NCBI RefSeq assembly: GCF_006345805.1 | Contig: NC_043005.1 | Coordinates: forward strand, 44,826,001 to 44,890,000 | Source: Octopus sinensis | Lineage: Eukaryota | Direction: 5' to 3' | Length of the DNA: 64,000 nucleotides | In this document: one piece after another, positions 48,167-62,393 of the stretch | How the letters are laid out: every line of letters starts with the position of its first letter | Position numbering within the stretch: the stretch's first letter is position 1 | Notes under the pieces: generated by a model | What the model saw: only the letters and a program-made list of their open reading frames with translations | Told to the model about the DNA's origin: nothing | Databases searched by the model: none | Program-made: the position numbers and the translations under genes

Positions 48167-49431
48167 TTGGGTCATCATATAAATAATGCGTTTTTTTCAG
48201 TTGCAGGAACTAAAAGTTGGAGGGAGACAGGATAAACTACCTGTATCAACTTGCTATAAAAGCTGGTAGTAATTCTACCTCGTTATTATTCTTAGTGAAA
48301 GTTTTGAAGAGTGCAGTTTGATTTTAACAGTTATTTTCTCAAAGCTGTGATGAAAGTGACAAAGGAACATATTTGGCATATTTTGCTTTATGAGTTCAAT
48401 AAAGGCAAAAACGCAACAGAAAGTGCGAGACATATCAATGCAGTATATGGAGTTCGTACAAGTGTAAGCCAGTGTCAATGGAGGTTTTAGAAATTCTGAG
48501 CCAGAAACTACAGTCTAGAAGCCAAGCCTCATCCTGTAAGATCTGTAGAGCTTGAAGAGGATGTCCTGCAAAATCTGGTGGAACAAAATCCCATCATAAC
48601 TGTTGAGGAACAAGGAGAGAAGCTTGGATTTGGTCATTCAACCATTCATCGACACCTGAGTGCCATCAGAAAAGTCAGCAAAGTAGGTCAGTGTATTCCT
48701 CACAAACTTTCCGAGTCTAATCACGTGTAGAGAGTGAATGTGTGCTCTTCTTTGTTGTTATGTCTCACAAATGAACCTTTTTGGATGGAATAGTGACTGG
48801 TGAAGAGAAATAGCTTCTCTATAAAAATTTCAAGTGCTGAAGACAGTTGGTAGGGAAAGGAGAAGCATAGGCACTCCAGGCTACAGAAGGTCTTAACCCA
48901 CGTAAGGTGTTGTTATCTATTGGTGGGATATGAAAGGTTTAGTCCAGTTTTAACTTTTAAACCCAAACCAAACAATAACAAAGGAGATCTATTGTGAGCA
49001 GCTTGGGTGGCTTAAGTCAGTGCTAGAAGAAAAATGACCATCTTTGGTTTTACGACGAAAGGTTTTCTTCTATCAGGATAATGTTTGGCCACATACAGTG
49101 AGGATGACATTGCAAAGGCTGGAGCAGTTTGAATAGGAAATGAGGCCCCACCCACCTGCTGGACTTTGTCATTAATTCTGCAGTCTTCAAAATAATTTGG
49201 AGAGATAGAATATGAATTCTGTAGACGAGGTCAGAACAGTTCTGGGGAAGTATTTTTCATTATGGACAAGTGAATTTTGGAAGAGGGGCCTTGCAAGTCT
49301 ATCAAAGAGATGGAAGAACATGGAAGAAAATGAAAGAGAGTATATTTTAGATTAAGAAAGAACTTTGTTTATCTTAATTCTGAAAAATGAAAGAAGTATT
49401 AAAAAACTGCATTATTTAAGGGATGACCCAA
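48167..49431 (+). mobile_element. Full-length (1265 bp) decayed mariner, DD34D-type
   Basis: TIRs ttgggtcatc..taaataatgc / gcattattta..gatgacccaa flanked by TA; MKVTKEHIWHILLYEFNKGKNATE..., QCIPHKL, WIVTGEEK, YQDNVWPH; many stops. Confidence 0.92.
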
Positions 49432-49469
49432 TATATATGTACGTCATTATTCAGTTTATTTCGAGATTT

Positions 49470-50525
49470 CTTGCCAATAGAGAAAGAACCGGTTTCTAAC
49501 CTAGATCCAAGGCTCCTTCATTGGAATTTCAACATCAACAATAGGGTATTTTTGTTTGTATGTATGTATGTATGCATGTATGTATGTGCAGATTTGTATG
49601 TTTTATGTGTGTATTCTCATATATAGAGTTGCATATCTAGACATGCTCATAAATATTTAAATGATAAACTTCTGGCAAGTTTTACAGATCTTTACAGTTT
49701 CAGTGATGGATTGGATCTGTAGTCTTCAAATTAGCTTTGTCCTTTCTGGTTTTGAGAAGCCTAATTTCTCAAGATTGGTATTTAGGCAGTGTTTTACATA
49801 TCCCAGGGCCCCAATAATTACAGGTATAAACATGAACTTGTAATCTGGATAGTGTAACTTCAGATATCTCAATAGTTCAGCATAGGTGTTTTCTTTTTCA
49901 CTGATCTTCAGCTTTATGTTAACATCTGCTGGACATCCAATTTCCACAACTGTGCACAGTTTCTCTTCTCTATCCTAAATCATTATATCAGGTCTGTTGT
50001 GCTTACATTTATTGAGGTCTTCATTGGTACATTCCACCTGTATTCCTTTTTATTATGAGTGGCTATGGCTCCTACCATACTGTGGGTTCTTATTTCCTTG
50101 TCCTCGGGATTATCCTTCCAACGGATTTCTTTATACAGTGTCCTTGCTACAACATCATGTCTCATCGGTAGATGTTACCGTGATGATATTTTCAGACAAC
50201 TGCTTATGATGTGGGTGATATCTTCAGTGTGAACTCCACAAAGTCTGCATTGGCTGTCACATTATACTGCTTTTCCTGCATCTCTGTCCCTTTTGTGCAT
50301 CAGGTACTTGGTTGATATTTCCTGTTCCTAAATTGAAAGTGGGAGGTAGCAATCCAGCTACTGGTCCATGATAAACTGCTTTGATGATTGATGTTGCTAT
50401 CATCACTGAGGCTTTCTACTAACATGTCGATGCATAGTTTTCTGCTCTTATAGGCTCATCCTTTCATCTGATGATATGTTGCGGTAGAGTCATGTGCCTT
50501 CTTTGGGCATGTATTCTAGGTTATT
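49470..50525 (-). mobile_element. 3' fragment of a restriction-like-endonuclease (R4/NeSL-type) non-LTR retrotransposon
   Basis: CRLCGVHTEDITHIISSC zinc knuckle, RHDVVAR, RPDI..D, VVEIGCP, KENTY, PVIIGALG motifs across frames; decayed. Confidence 0.8.
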
Positions 50526-50984
50526 AGACAAAGAGTGTTGCTCAAGGAGCTGCCTTCCAATTTGTATTTATGCATGTATGATTGTATGCTTATTAGCAAT
50601 AATAATAAAAGAAATGAAGAAATTGTTTCTTTGTTTATTTATAAACAAGAAAGTCTTCGGGTTTCCCAGAGAAATAAAAAGAAAGAAAATGAAAGTGTTC
50701 TGCATGCCCTCATTCAGTGTCCGAGCATTACTGACTTGGATAATGTCGAACAGCTCCTGTCACATGTGGGACAGATCCATGTGTCAGTGGAGACTGAGAA
50801 ATTGTAACTTAACAAAAATATAGAAAGAAAAAGAAAAGATTGTATTCGAAAGCCAAAAGATGTTTTTTGGCTGAGGTGTAATTTTATAGTTAAAACATAT
50901 TAAAAATTTAAATTTCAGAACGTAAGACTTAACATGTTATCTGGTGCATGGCTGAATTCAAATGGGTAGAAGACCTAAAACAAA

Positions 50985-51020
50985 TGTGTGTGTGTGTTTG
51001 TATGTGTATGTGTGTTTGTG

Positions 51021-51070
<50 letters not shown>

Positions 51071-51077
51071 TGTGTGT

Positions 51078-51140
<63 letters not shown>

Positions 51141-51152
51141 GTGTGTGTATGT
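50985..51152. repeat. (TG)n microsatellite
   Basis: Direct observation. Confidence 0.95.
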
Positions 51153-51486
51153 GATTGGGCCTTTAATAGCCAGGGGTCATTTTCAGTTCAATTGTAGAAT
51201 GGAATTCAAAGGAATTCAGCTACTCCCTCTCACTCTTTCTCTTTCTTTCTCACTTCCTCTCTCCTTTGCTCAACACATACATCAAATGTAAGTATCTTAA
51301 TTTTCCCATTAAGATTTTTGCTGCTTTGGTGGACCAGTAGGCATGGGTGTTGAGAAGTAGTTATACAACACATAGGTGGGGGTTTCAAATCTCTTCCAGA
51401 AATTACAAGAGATCTAGTTAAAAAAATTTTATTTAAGCAACAAAATTTCTTTTAACAATTTCTTTCTCTTAAGCATGTGTATTAAT

Positions 51487-51812
51487 ATTATTATCAATAA
51501 TATTAATACACAAATTGGTGTATTAATATTATTGATAATAATCCCAGGACGAAATTTATAAATATTTTAATGCATTGCTATGCACGTTTCCACAAATCAC
51601 ATGTTTCTTACAGTCCTAATCTGTAATCCTGGGATGATCACATAGTACAGTCCATAGTATCTATGGTTATCAGGTGGAAAATAGTTCATGCTTCATTTCT
51701 TCAGGTGATCAACTGAAGAAATGAACATATGAACTATGATATAGACTATGATCATAAGAAACATGTGATTTGTGGAAATGCATATTGCAATGCATCAGAA
51801 TATTTATAAATT
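51487..51812. repeat. Nested foldback cluster
   Basis: Perfect 25-bp hairpin 51487-51542; arms 51553-51610 / 51755-51812; inner hairpin 51681-51737. Confidence 0.85.
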
Positions 51813-51844
51813 CCATAAATGGATTATTATTTTTATTATTATTA

Positions 51845-51899
<55 letters not shown>

Positions 51900-51992
51900 T
51901 CTATTTCCCAATTTTCATTTTTAGCAAAATTTTTCACTCTTTAATTTAATTTATTTATTATTGTCATTATCATTATCATTTTGTTGCCGTTG

Positions 51993-52043
<51 letters not shown>

Positions 52044-52560
52044 TTATTCTACATTATATTGGCACAGCTTGGTACAACCTCATAAAACTGCTATTGCCAG
52101 TTGCTATTATTAGGCTGTAGCCAACAATAATAAAATCGGAGCTTTTATATGCCTGCTCAAAAACATTTATCATAAACAAACTTACAGGTTATATAAATAT
52201 AAATATAAGTACATATTTATATATATATATGTATATATGTGTGTATATATATATATATACACACACACATTATATATATATACGTTTTTATTATTGTTTT
52301 GCAATTTACTTAATCATCAGTATATTATTGTTATTTTAATTTTGATATTAAAATATAATATTTAATATTTCTATTATATGTTATTTTCTAGATGGTGTAA
52401 TTTAATTGGTCATTTTGAATTGATTAAAGGTGGGTTTTTTTCTAATTTATATATATATTATATTTATTTTGTGAAATTTGATTTAGTATTTCTAAATTGA
52501 ATTTTCCCTGTAAGTTAAGAATAATATTCCCTCAAAAATAATTACATAATAATATATATA

Positions 52561-52598
<38 letters not shown>

Positions 52599-53062
52599 CA
52601 AATTTTGACACAAGACTAGTAATTTCCAGGGTGAGGATAAGTCAATTAGTTTGAATCCAGTACTCAACTGGTGTTTATTTCATCGACCTTGAAAGGATGA
52701 AAGGTAAAGTCAACTTTGAAGGAATTTGAACTCTGAACACAAAGACAGACAAAATAGCACTAAACATTTTGCCTGATATGCTAATGATTCTGCCAGCTCA
52801 ACACGTATATAATACATATTAAAATAGTATAAAATATATGTACATAAATTATATATATATATATATATATAATATATATAATTATATATATATTATATAT
52901 ATATATATAATATATATATATATTATAATATAAACAGAGAGAGAGAGAGAGAGAGATACATTTGCACTCTGGCATACACACATATGTATATAATATATAC
53001 AACATATACGTGTACATGTATGTCTGTATATTCATATGTATGCATACATGTATGTACATATA

Positions 53063-53105
<43 letters not shown>

Positions 53106-53241
53106 CATGTGTATATATATATATTAAGTCATAAATGACAGATTTAAATTACATATATATAATATATATGTGTGTGTCTGTATATAATATATGTATAATA
53201 ATAATTATAAATATATTATATATATATATATAATATATATA

Positions 53242-53272
<31 letters not shown>

Positions 53273-53439
53273 ATATATGTATATATAATATATAGGTGGT
53301 GCATCAGCATGGGTGCAGCTCTGAGCTGAAACTAGAGAGAGAAAAAATAGGGAGAATTCACAAAAAAAAAAAACAGACGAAGACAGGTAGTGTAGACAAC
53401 AAAAGATGTATAGTTTAATGCTCGGGAAGCGAAAAAAGT

Positions 53440-53475
53440 CTTCAACGTTTCGAGTCTACACTCTTTCACAGAAAG
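53440..53475 (-). ncRNA. Hammerhead-shaped motif with variant core (CUGUGAA)
   Basis: CUUU CUGUGAA A GAGU guag ACUC GAAAC GUU GAAG. Confidence 0.5.
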
Positions 53476-53827
53476 GAACACAGAAAGAACTAGGAGAGAA
53501 AATATAGAATGTGTAGTGGCTAGCGATCTATTATGGTGAATCTATCTATCTATCTATCTATATCTATCTATCTATCTATCTATCTATCATCTATCTATCT
53601 ATCTATATATATATATATATTATATATATATATATATATATATGTATGTACGTATGTAGTACGTATTTCATGCTCCTTTACTCTTGCTTGTTCAGTCATT
53701 TGATCTGGCCATGTGAGTACCAGTGTGTTTATATGTATTCATGTAGAGAGTGTGTGTGTGTGCATATGTCACTAAAGAACCTGAGGATATTAGTCAACAC
53801 TAGTATTGCTAGAAAAGGAGTTAAAAC

Positions 53828-53966
53828 TTGCTTCCTAACCACATAGTTCCAGGTTCAGTCCCACTGCATGGCACCTTGGGCAAGTGTCCTCTACTATAGC
53901 CTCAGGCCAACAAAGATGTGTGAGTGAATTTGGTAGACAGAAACTGAAAGAAGCCTGTCATATATG

Positions 53967-54019
<53 letters not shown>

Positions 54020-54268
54020 ATATATATATATATATATATATATGCATATATATGTATGTATGCATTTGATATTTGTGATTGTGTTTGTCCCGCCAACCAT
54101 CGCTTGACAACCAATGTTGGTGTGTTTACATGCCCACACTAAGGAGTTTGGGAGAGAAAAGAGACTGGTACAATAAGTGATAGGCTTAGAAAGAATAAGT
54201 CCTGGGGTCAATTTGTTCAACTAAAGGTGCTACTCCAGCACTGCCTCAGTTAAATGCTTGAAACAAAA
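53828..54268 (+). mobile_element. SINE family A, diverged
   Basis: Matches 30412-30826. Confidence 0.8.
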
Positions 54269-54864
54269 TATATATGTGTGTATATATATATATATTTATC
54301 TATATATAATATACACACACATATATACACACACATATATACATACATATATATATTATATATATTATTATATATATTATATATATATACAATAATACAC
54401 TTTAGCATTCTGGTTGCCCTGTCAAATGTAATGCTTATATATCAGTTGTTTTGCATTGAACATGCATTACCTTGTAGCTTTGAGATATTGGTGGTATGAT
54501 TGTTTATCTTTAGAATGACACTAGGGTATGTGTGAGAGGCTAGATCTAGCCAGTTTGAACATAAAACATGCAGAATATTTTGATAAGATGTGGCCAGTTT
54601 AAATCGTAAGTCTTAATCAGTTATACTTTGATACTTTAAAAAAGTATCAGTTATACTTTTAAAAAAATAGAAGCACATTAATATTTAATTGTTTAATAGA
54701 TTTCTACATCATTTGTTGAACTAAATACAAATATATGAAATACTACCACCAATTTAAACTTACACACACACATGCACATATATCACATGTACTGATGTGT
54801 CTGTATGTGTGTAAGGGTAAATGGTTGAGCACTGGTGCCATAGCTGGGTACATCATCAATTATG

Positions 54865-55165
54865 ACAATGAGTGTTCTAGTTGATCTAATCAATGGAACA
54901 GCCTGCTTGTAAAATTAACATGTGACTGAGCACTCCACAGACATGCATAACCTTAACATAGTTATCAGGGAGATTCAGCATGGCACACTGGGTGTAACAT
55001 TGCTCCCTCATTGAATTACATATATAACTCATTTTTGTCAGCTGAGTGGACTGGTGCAACAGGAAATAAAGGTTCTTACTCAAGGACACAACACATCACC
55101 GAGAACTGAACCCACAAACTTATGATCATGAGCTGAATACCCTAACCACCATGCCATGCATCTTC
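54865..55165 (-). mobile_element. SINE family E
   Basis: Matches 39325-39655. Confidence 0.7.
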
Positions 55166-56143
55166 AGTACTTTAATAAAAAGAAATAAATATAAACATGT
55201 CTACATTTAATTAGTCAATAGATTTCTTAATTATTTGTTCAACTAAATATGATTATACGAAATACAATTACCAGTTTAAACTTACATGTACGTGCACATA
55301 TATATTCTTTTCCACTCTAAGTACAAGGCCTGAAATTTGTGGGGAGGGGGCCAGTCAATCACATTGACCCCAGAACGCAACAAGTACTTAATTTATCTAT
55401 CCCGAAAGGATGAAAGGCAAAGTCGACCTTGGCAGAATTTGAACTTAGAATGTAAAGACAGACAAAATACCACTAAGCATTTTGCCTGGAGTGCTTATGT
55501 TTCTGCCATCTCGCTGCCATGCACATAGATATATATTGCATATACACATATATATGTATATATATGTGTGTGTGTGTGTGTGAATGTGTGTTTGTGTGTG
55601 TGCGCTTGTATGTTTTGTGCTAGTGCCATAATGCCTGTTAAACTGAACATGAAAAAGGCTTGCACTTGAATTTTAATTTTATTCTCTATAAATACACACC
55701 TAGCATCGCATGTGAAAGCATATGTCATTATCGATGAGTATATGAGTACATGTGTAAATCTATATGGATGCGTGTTTATACAAAATTTTGTGCACGTGTA
55801 GATTGGTATGTATTTACATCGTCATATACGTACAGCAATTTACATTTTATAGATTAGCTAGCTTATTAAAATCCTTAAATATGTTTATTTAAAGTGAATG
55901 ATTTACATAAGAAAAATTTATCGAAATTTCTCATTTCCCGATAACCACACCCCATTACCTTCAACACTTGATAAGGCAAAAAAAAAAAATTCTATGACTA
56001 ATGTTACTTCTGAAAAAAAAAACAAAAAAATCAAAATAATATAAAAACGAAGTTTTAAATAAATAATGTACGATAAAATTGATTGTTTTATAGTTATGGC
56101 TCATGAAAACAAGATCAAGTTCAATAATCATTAGAATAGCTCC

Positions 56144-56233
<90 letters not shown>

Positions 56234-56983
56234 TGGTATCATCATCATCATCACTTTTTTCTAATTATCTTTTAGCTCAATCTTCTCAAGACAAATATTT
56301 ATAATGCTTAAAAATCTATTTTGCAACAGTTATCGCAAGACATTCTACTATTGTTTGTCTACATGAATAGCAAAAAGGAAATTATTTTATCTGTAATCTT
56401 AATTTACTCAAAGAATATTCAACGCAAAACTTTTGTTTGATTGTTCATATTTTTATCTTAATTCCTATTCCGTAGATCAAAAGAAATTGTATTAAATGGA
56501 AGAGATTTATCTCGAGAGTGAGAGGGAATATTCTCATCATTTAACGATATAGACAAAATTTTTATAATAACTCAAATGATCCAAAGTTAAGAAAAGAAAG
56601 TACATATGGCTCTTTCGTTTTAATCACATATATTTGGAAAAATAAAATAAGTAAAATGTAAAACAAAAATAAATAAATAAAATTTTTACATTTTAAAAAT
56701 AAATTATCTAAAAAAAAAAAATAAAAATAAATAAAATCCCCAAGATTTCCTAGACGTCAAAATATACCTTTACTTTTTATTTTTAAGCTTAAAATAAGCC
56801 ACATTGATTCTGCTGTATGAAAAGACCTAATTAATATTAGATAGCTGAACAATATAGCCAATATCTTCCTCAATCTTTTACATGTCTAATTATCTTTAAT
56901 AAATGAATTATCTTTAAAAAAGAGAAATGAATTCACAATTGATTTCATTATAAAAATGGGACAACTAACTATATCTTTCTTCC

Positions 56984-57042
<59 letters not shown>

Positions 57043-57043
57043 T

Positions 57044-57103
<60 letters not shown>

Positions 57104-57226
57104 ATTTCTATTTCCCAATTTTCATTTTTAGCAAAATTTTTCACTCTTTAATTTAATTTATTTATTATTGTCATTATCATTATCATTTTGTTGTCGTTGT
57201 TATCATTATCATTATTATTATTATTA

Positions 57227-57266
<40 letters not shown>

Positions 57267-58021
57267 CATTATCATCATCATTATTGTTATTATTATTATT
57301 ACTACTACTATTATTATTATTAGTGGTTTTTTAGCAATGGAAAAATAAACAAAAGTCACACAATAGCTTTTGTCATATTTTTATTTTCTAGCCTGAATAA
57401 GGCTTATTTATAAAAAAAAAACTATAAAATTGAAATTTACATTATCTTATTTAAGGAAAGAAATTTATAAAGATTTTTATCAAACAATCCCACACCTAAC
57501 CACTACCCCACTCCTTCGCTCACCACCTTCATTGGTTGGGTGATATTAACAGTCACAACAAGTGCCTCAGATAACATTCACTATTTAGAAATTAAATTAA
57601 AAATAAAAATATATAAAAAAAGAATAATTATAAGCAACAACAATACCAACAACAAAATGAATTTAATATCTATATTGAATTATTGTGTGTTAAAGAATTA
57701 CACATTTAAGATCTGACTAGACAAGATGAAGCGATGAGAGAAAACTGCTAAAAATAATTGTTTGTTTGTCGTGTACTTAGTTCAATTGGGAATAATTACT
57801 TTTACAAGTTTTCTGTAAAAACTAAAGATAGAACTGAATAATGCATATGCATGAAAATAAACATGTAAACAATACACCCACATCCCAATACCCATATATG
57901 TGTGTATATATATATATATATATGATATATATATATATATATATGTATATGTATATGTTATAATATATATATGTATATATGTATATATATATATTATAAT
58001 ATTATTATATATATATATATA

Positions 58022-58448
58022 TAAAAACATTATTGGTGAATTGAAGAAATGGAGCTGAACGCAGATTGACAGAAATCGTTTTATTTCATTCTACACGTGT
58101 TTCGAAAGGCACAATTACCAAAATCCGATTGAATAATGGGACCATATTGTGTCTTTCTCATCAGGAAGAAAAAAGGAAATCCGTTGGACCACAAAAACAG
58201 AACAGAGGCGGAGCAAAAAAACAAATCGAATGTGCTCCTAAGAGCCCATGGCGAAACTGTTTATCAGTGTATGTTGAGAACCGGTGGCTGAAGAAATTAA
58301 ACGGGTCAGGCATCGGACACAATATGGTCCCATTATTCAATCGGATTTTGGTAATTTGTGCCTTTCGAAACACGTGTAGAATGAAAAAAACGATTTCTGT
58401 TCAATCTGCGTTCAGCTCCATTTCTTCAATTCACCAATAATGTTTTTA
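58022..58448. repeat. Inverted repeat of Penelope-like terminus (~132-bp arms)
   Basis: 58022-58153 is the reverse complement of 58316-58448, apart from a few indels. Confidence 0.92.
58089..58167 (-). ncRNA. Type I hammerhead ribozyme, canonical core, long loop II
   Basis: UUC CUGAUGA GAAAG acac...gugc CUUUC GAAAC acgu GUA GAA; ACACGUGU is palindromic. Confidence 0.78.
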
Positions 58449-58647
58449 ATTTCATTATCGCACCAACGCACGGTTTGCAACGCCAGATGGTTGTACCTCC
58501 AACCGTGTGTTTACTGCTGTGATTTTTGCTACTAAGGTATCGGTTAAACTTTTGATTAATCTACTACAAGATTATTCATCTTTCTATTTCACATAATATA
58601 TATATATATTATATATATATATATAATAATATATATATATATATATA

Positions 58648-58698
<51 letters not shown>

Positions 58699-58699
58699 A

Positions 58700-58732
<33 letters not shown>

Positions 58733-58856
58733 ATATATATATATATATATAATATATATATGTATATGTATATATATATATATGTATTATATGTATATTA
58801 TATTATATATATATACATACAAAATATATATACCTATATAAAATAAATAAAAATAA

Positions 58857-58906
<50 letters not shown>

Positions 58907-58908
<2 letters not shown>

Positions 58909-59888
58909 GGTATAAAAATTATATATAAAGAAACAAGACGTGAAATACACAAAGGGATGAACACAGAAAACAGATATATATATAATATATATATAATATA
59001 TATATATTTTGTATGTTCATCTATACATGTATTATATATGTAGACATGTGCGCAAACATATATAGATTCATACACACACACATAAATATATACATATATA
59101 TTACGTGTATGTATATCTATACATACATGCATAAATACTATATATATGTGTGTGCTTGTGTGTTGTGTGTATGTATGTATGTATGTATGTATGTGTGTGT
59201 CTGTGTGAGTGTTGTGTAAGAGAGCAAATGGCATGGTGGTTAAGGTGTTACACTCATGGGCATGAGATTGCGGTTTCAATTCCTAGACCAGGTTGCGCAT
59301 TGTGTCCTTCAACAAACACTTTATCTTCCATTGTTCTGTGATCACTTTGATACCTGACATGTGGTACACTGTGCACCTGTTCAGACAATGTCGATTTGAT
59401 GAAGAGGGGGAACTAATTTACAGCACAAACATTTGGTCACTATAAACAAATCATTTGTGCAGGTCATTCAACAAAAAGCTAATCATCCACACATCATCAT
59501 TGACAGGAGATTCCATCATATATATATATGCATGTATGTATGTATGTATGTATGTACGTACATATGCACTTATGCATGTAAATACATATGTGCATATGTA
59601 TGTATATGAATTTGTGTTTGTGTGTGCATGTGTGTGTATATTCTTTTATTCTTTTATTCGTTTCAGTCATTTTGACTGTGGCCATGCTGGAGCACCACCT
59701 TTAGTCGAGCAAATCGACCTCAGGACTTATTCTTTGTAAGCCTGGTACTTATTCTATCGGTCTCTGATGTCAAACCGCTAAGTTACTGGGACGTAAACAT
59801 ACCAGCATCGATATCAAGCGATGTTGGGAGACACACACACACATACACACACACACACACAACTATACGCACACACACACACACACAA

Positions 59889-59944
<56 letters not shown>

Positions 59945-60007
59945 TATAAAAATTATATATAAAGAAACAAGAACGTGAAATACACAAGGGACGAACCAGA
60001 AAGACAG

Positions 60008-60042
<35 letters not shown>

Positions 60043-60920
60043 ATGTATCTATACATGTATTATATATGTAGACATGTGCGCAAACATATATAGATTCATA
60101 CACACACACATAAATATATACATATATATTAACGTGTATGTATATCTATACATACATGCATAAATACATATATATATGTGTGTGCTTGTGTGTGTGTGTA
60201 TGTATGTATGTATGTATGTGTGTGTCTGTGTGAGTGTGTGTGTAAGAGAGCAAATGGCATGGTGGTTAAGGTGTTACACTCATGGGCATGAGATTGCGGT
60301 TTCAATTCCTAGACCAGGTTGCGCATTGTGTCCTTCAACAAACACTTTATCTTCCATTGTTCTGTGATCACTTTGATACCTGACATGTGGTACACTGTGC
60401 ACCTGTTCAGACAATGTCGATTTGATGAAGAGGGGGAACTAATTTACAGCACAAACATTTGGTCACTATAAACAAATCATTTGTGCAGGTCATGATCAAC
60501 AAAAGCTAATCAATCCCACACATCATCATTGACAGGAGATTCCATCATATATATATATATGGCATGTATGTATGTATGTAGTATGTACGTACATATGCAC
60601 TTATGCATGTAAATACATATGTGCATATGTATGTATATGAATTTGTGTTTGTGTGTGCATGTGTGTTATATTCTTTATTCTTTTATTTCTTTTTCAGTCA
60701 TTTTGACTGTGGCCATGCTGGAGCACCACCTTTAGTCGAGCAATCGACCTCAGGACTTATTCTTTGTAAGCCTGGTACTTATTCTATCGTCTCTGAGGTC
60801 AAACCGCTAAGTTACTGGGACGTAAACATACCAGCATCGATATCAAGCGATGTTGGGAGACACACCACCACACACACACACACACAAACCATATACGCAC
60901 ACCACACACACACAACACAT
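58907..60920. repeat. Tandem duplication, period ~1034 bp
   Basis: taggtataaaaattatatataaagaaacaag at 58907 and 59941; each copy holds a family F SINE (+) and a family A 3' fragment (-). Confidence 0.92.
59219..59515 (+). mobile_element. tRNA-headed SINE family F (copies at 60246 and 61777)
   Basis: ggcatggtggttaagg A-box, ggtttcaattcc B-box; the same body occurs three times. Confidence 0.8.
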
Positions 60921-61154
60921 ATATATATATATCTATATATATATATATAGATATATATATATCATTAATTGAAAAATCTTATGGTAGCAAAAATATTTAT
61001 AGAAAATTCTTAGCTACCAGTGTTCTAGCAAGAAGAAAAAATTTAGTCAATAGACTATACATTATTCATAGAATATTATATATATATACCATACATACAT
61101 ATATACATATATCTATTATATATATAATATATATATATATATATAAGATATATT

Positions 61155-61197
<43 letters not shown>

Positions 61198-61617
61198 CAA
61201 AATACAAGATAGAAAATGCTAAACTAATTTTATCATGAAGATCATTTATCTTTGTGACTTTTTCAACTTAGTGTAAAGCATGAAAAACAATTAAATGAAA
61301 ACCAAGAACTCATATAAAATATTAGGACTGCTTCTACCTGTTACCTAGCCCTCACAGGAGTAAAAAAGAGAGACAGAGACAGACAGAAAAAAAGGAAAAT
61401 GTCCCTTGCATTTGAAAACTATGGAAATATTTCAAAAAACATTTCATTTAATTTTTCTCCAATTTAATTGCTTTTCGTGCTTTACTCTAAGATGAAAAAG
61501 TGGCAAAGACTAAAACCGATACTAAAATGTTCTTCATGATAAAATTATTTTAGCATTTTCTACCTTGTCTTATTTTCTTATACATATCAACTCAGTGTAC
61601 CTTTTCAACCTTTATAC

Positions 61618-61656
<39 letters not shown>

Positions 61657-62136
61657 AATATATAACTACACATCTCTTTTTCTCTCTCTCTTTTTCTATC
61701 TATCTATATGTGTATATATATTATATATATATATATATTATATATATATATTATTATAATATATAGTTTATATATATGAGAGCACATGGCTTAGTGGATA
61801 GCAATTATGATTTCAATTCCTAGACCAGATGGTGCCATTGTGTTGTTGAGCAAAACACTTCATCTCTCGTTGCTCTGCAATCACTTCGACACCTGATGTG
61901 TGGTACATCGTGCACCTCTTGAGACAACGTCAATTTGATGGAGAAAGTGAGCAAAAGTGCTGCATAAACATTTGATAATCATGAACAAATCACTTGTGCA
62001 GGCTGTTAAGCAAAAAGCTGAACACTCATACACCATCTTTGATGGGAGAGTCCATCATATTTATATATATATATATATGTGCATGCATGTATGTATGTAT
62101 ATATATATGTGTTTCTGTGTGTGTGAGTGTATATAT

Positions 62137-62372
62137 ATGGTGGTGAGCTGGCAGAATCGTTAGCATGCCGGGTGAAATGCTTCGCAGTATTTCATCTGCC
62201 GTTACATTCTGAGTTCACATTCTGCCAATGTTGACTTTGCCTTTCATCATTTTGGGAGGAAGGGATTAAATAAGTACCAGTTATGCACTGGGGTCGATGT
62301 AATCGACTTAATCCCTTTGTCTGTCCTTGTTTGTCCCCTCTGTGTTTAGCCCCTTGTGGGCAATAAAGAAAA
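62137..62372 (+). mobile_element. SINE family D
   Basis: Matches 39663-39896. Confidence 0.82.
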
Positions 62373-62393
62373 AAAAATATATATATATATATA

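Noticed and set aside
56300-57780. Possible promoter/UTR in non-repetitive AT-rich DNA (agacgtca at ~56752)
   Set aside because: Single short motifs are expected by chance, and no linked exon was found.
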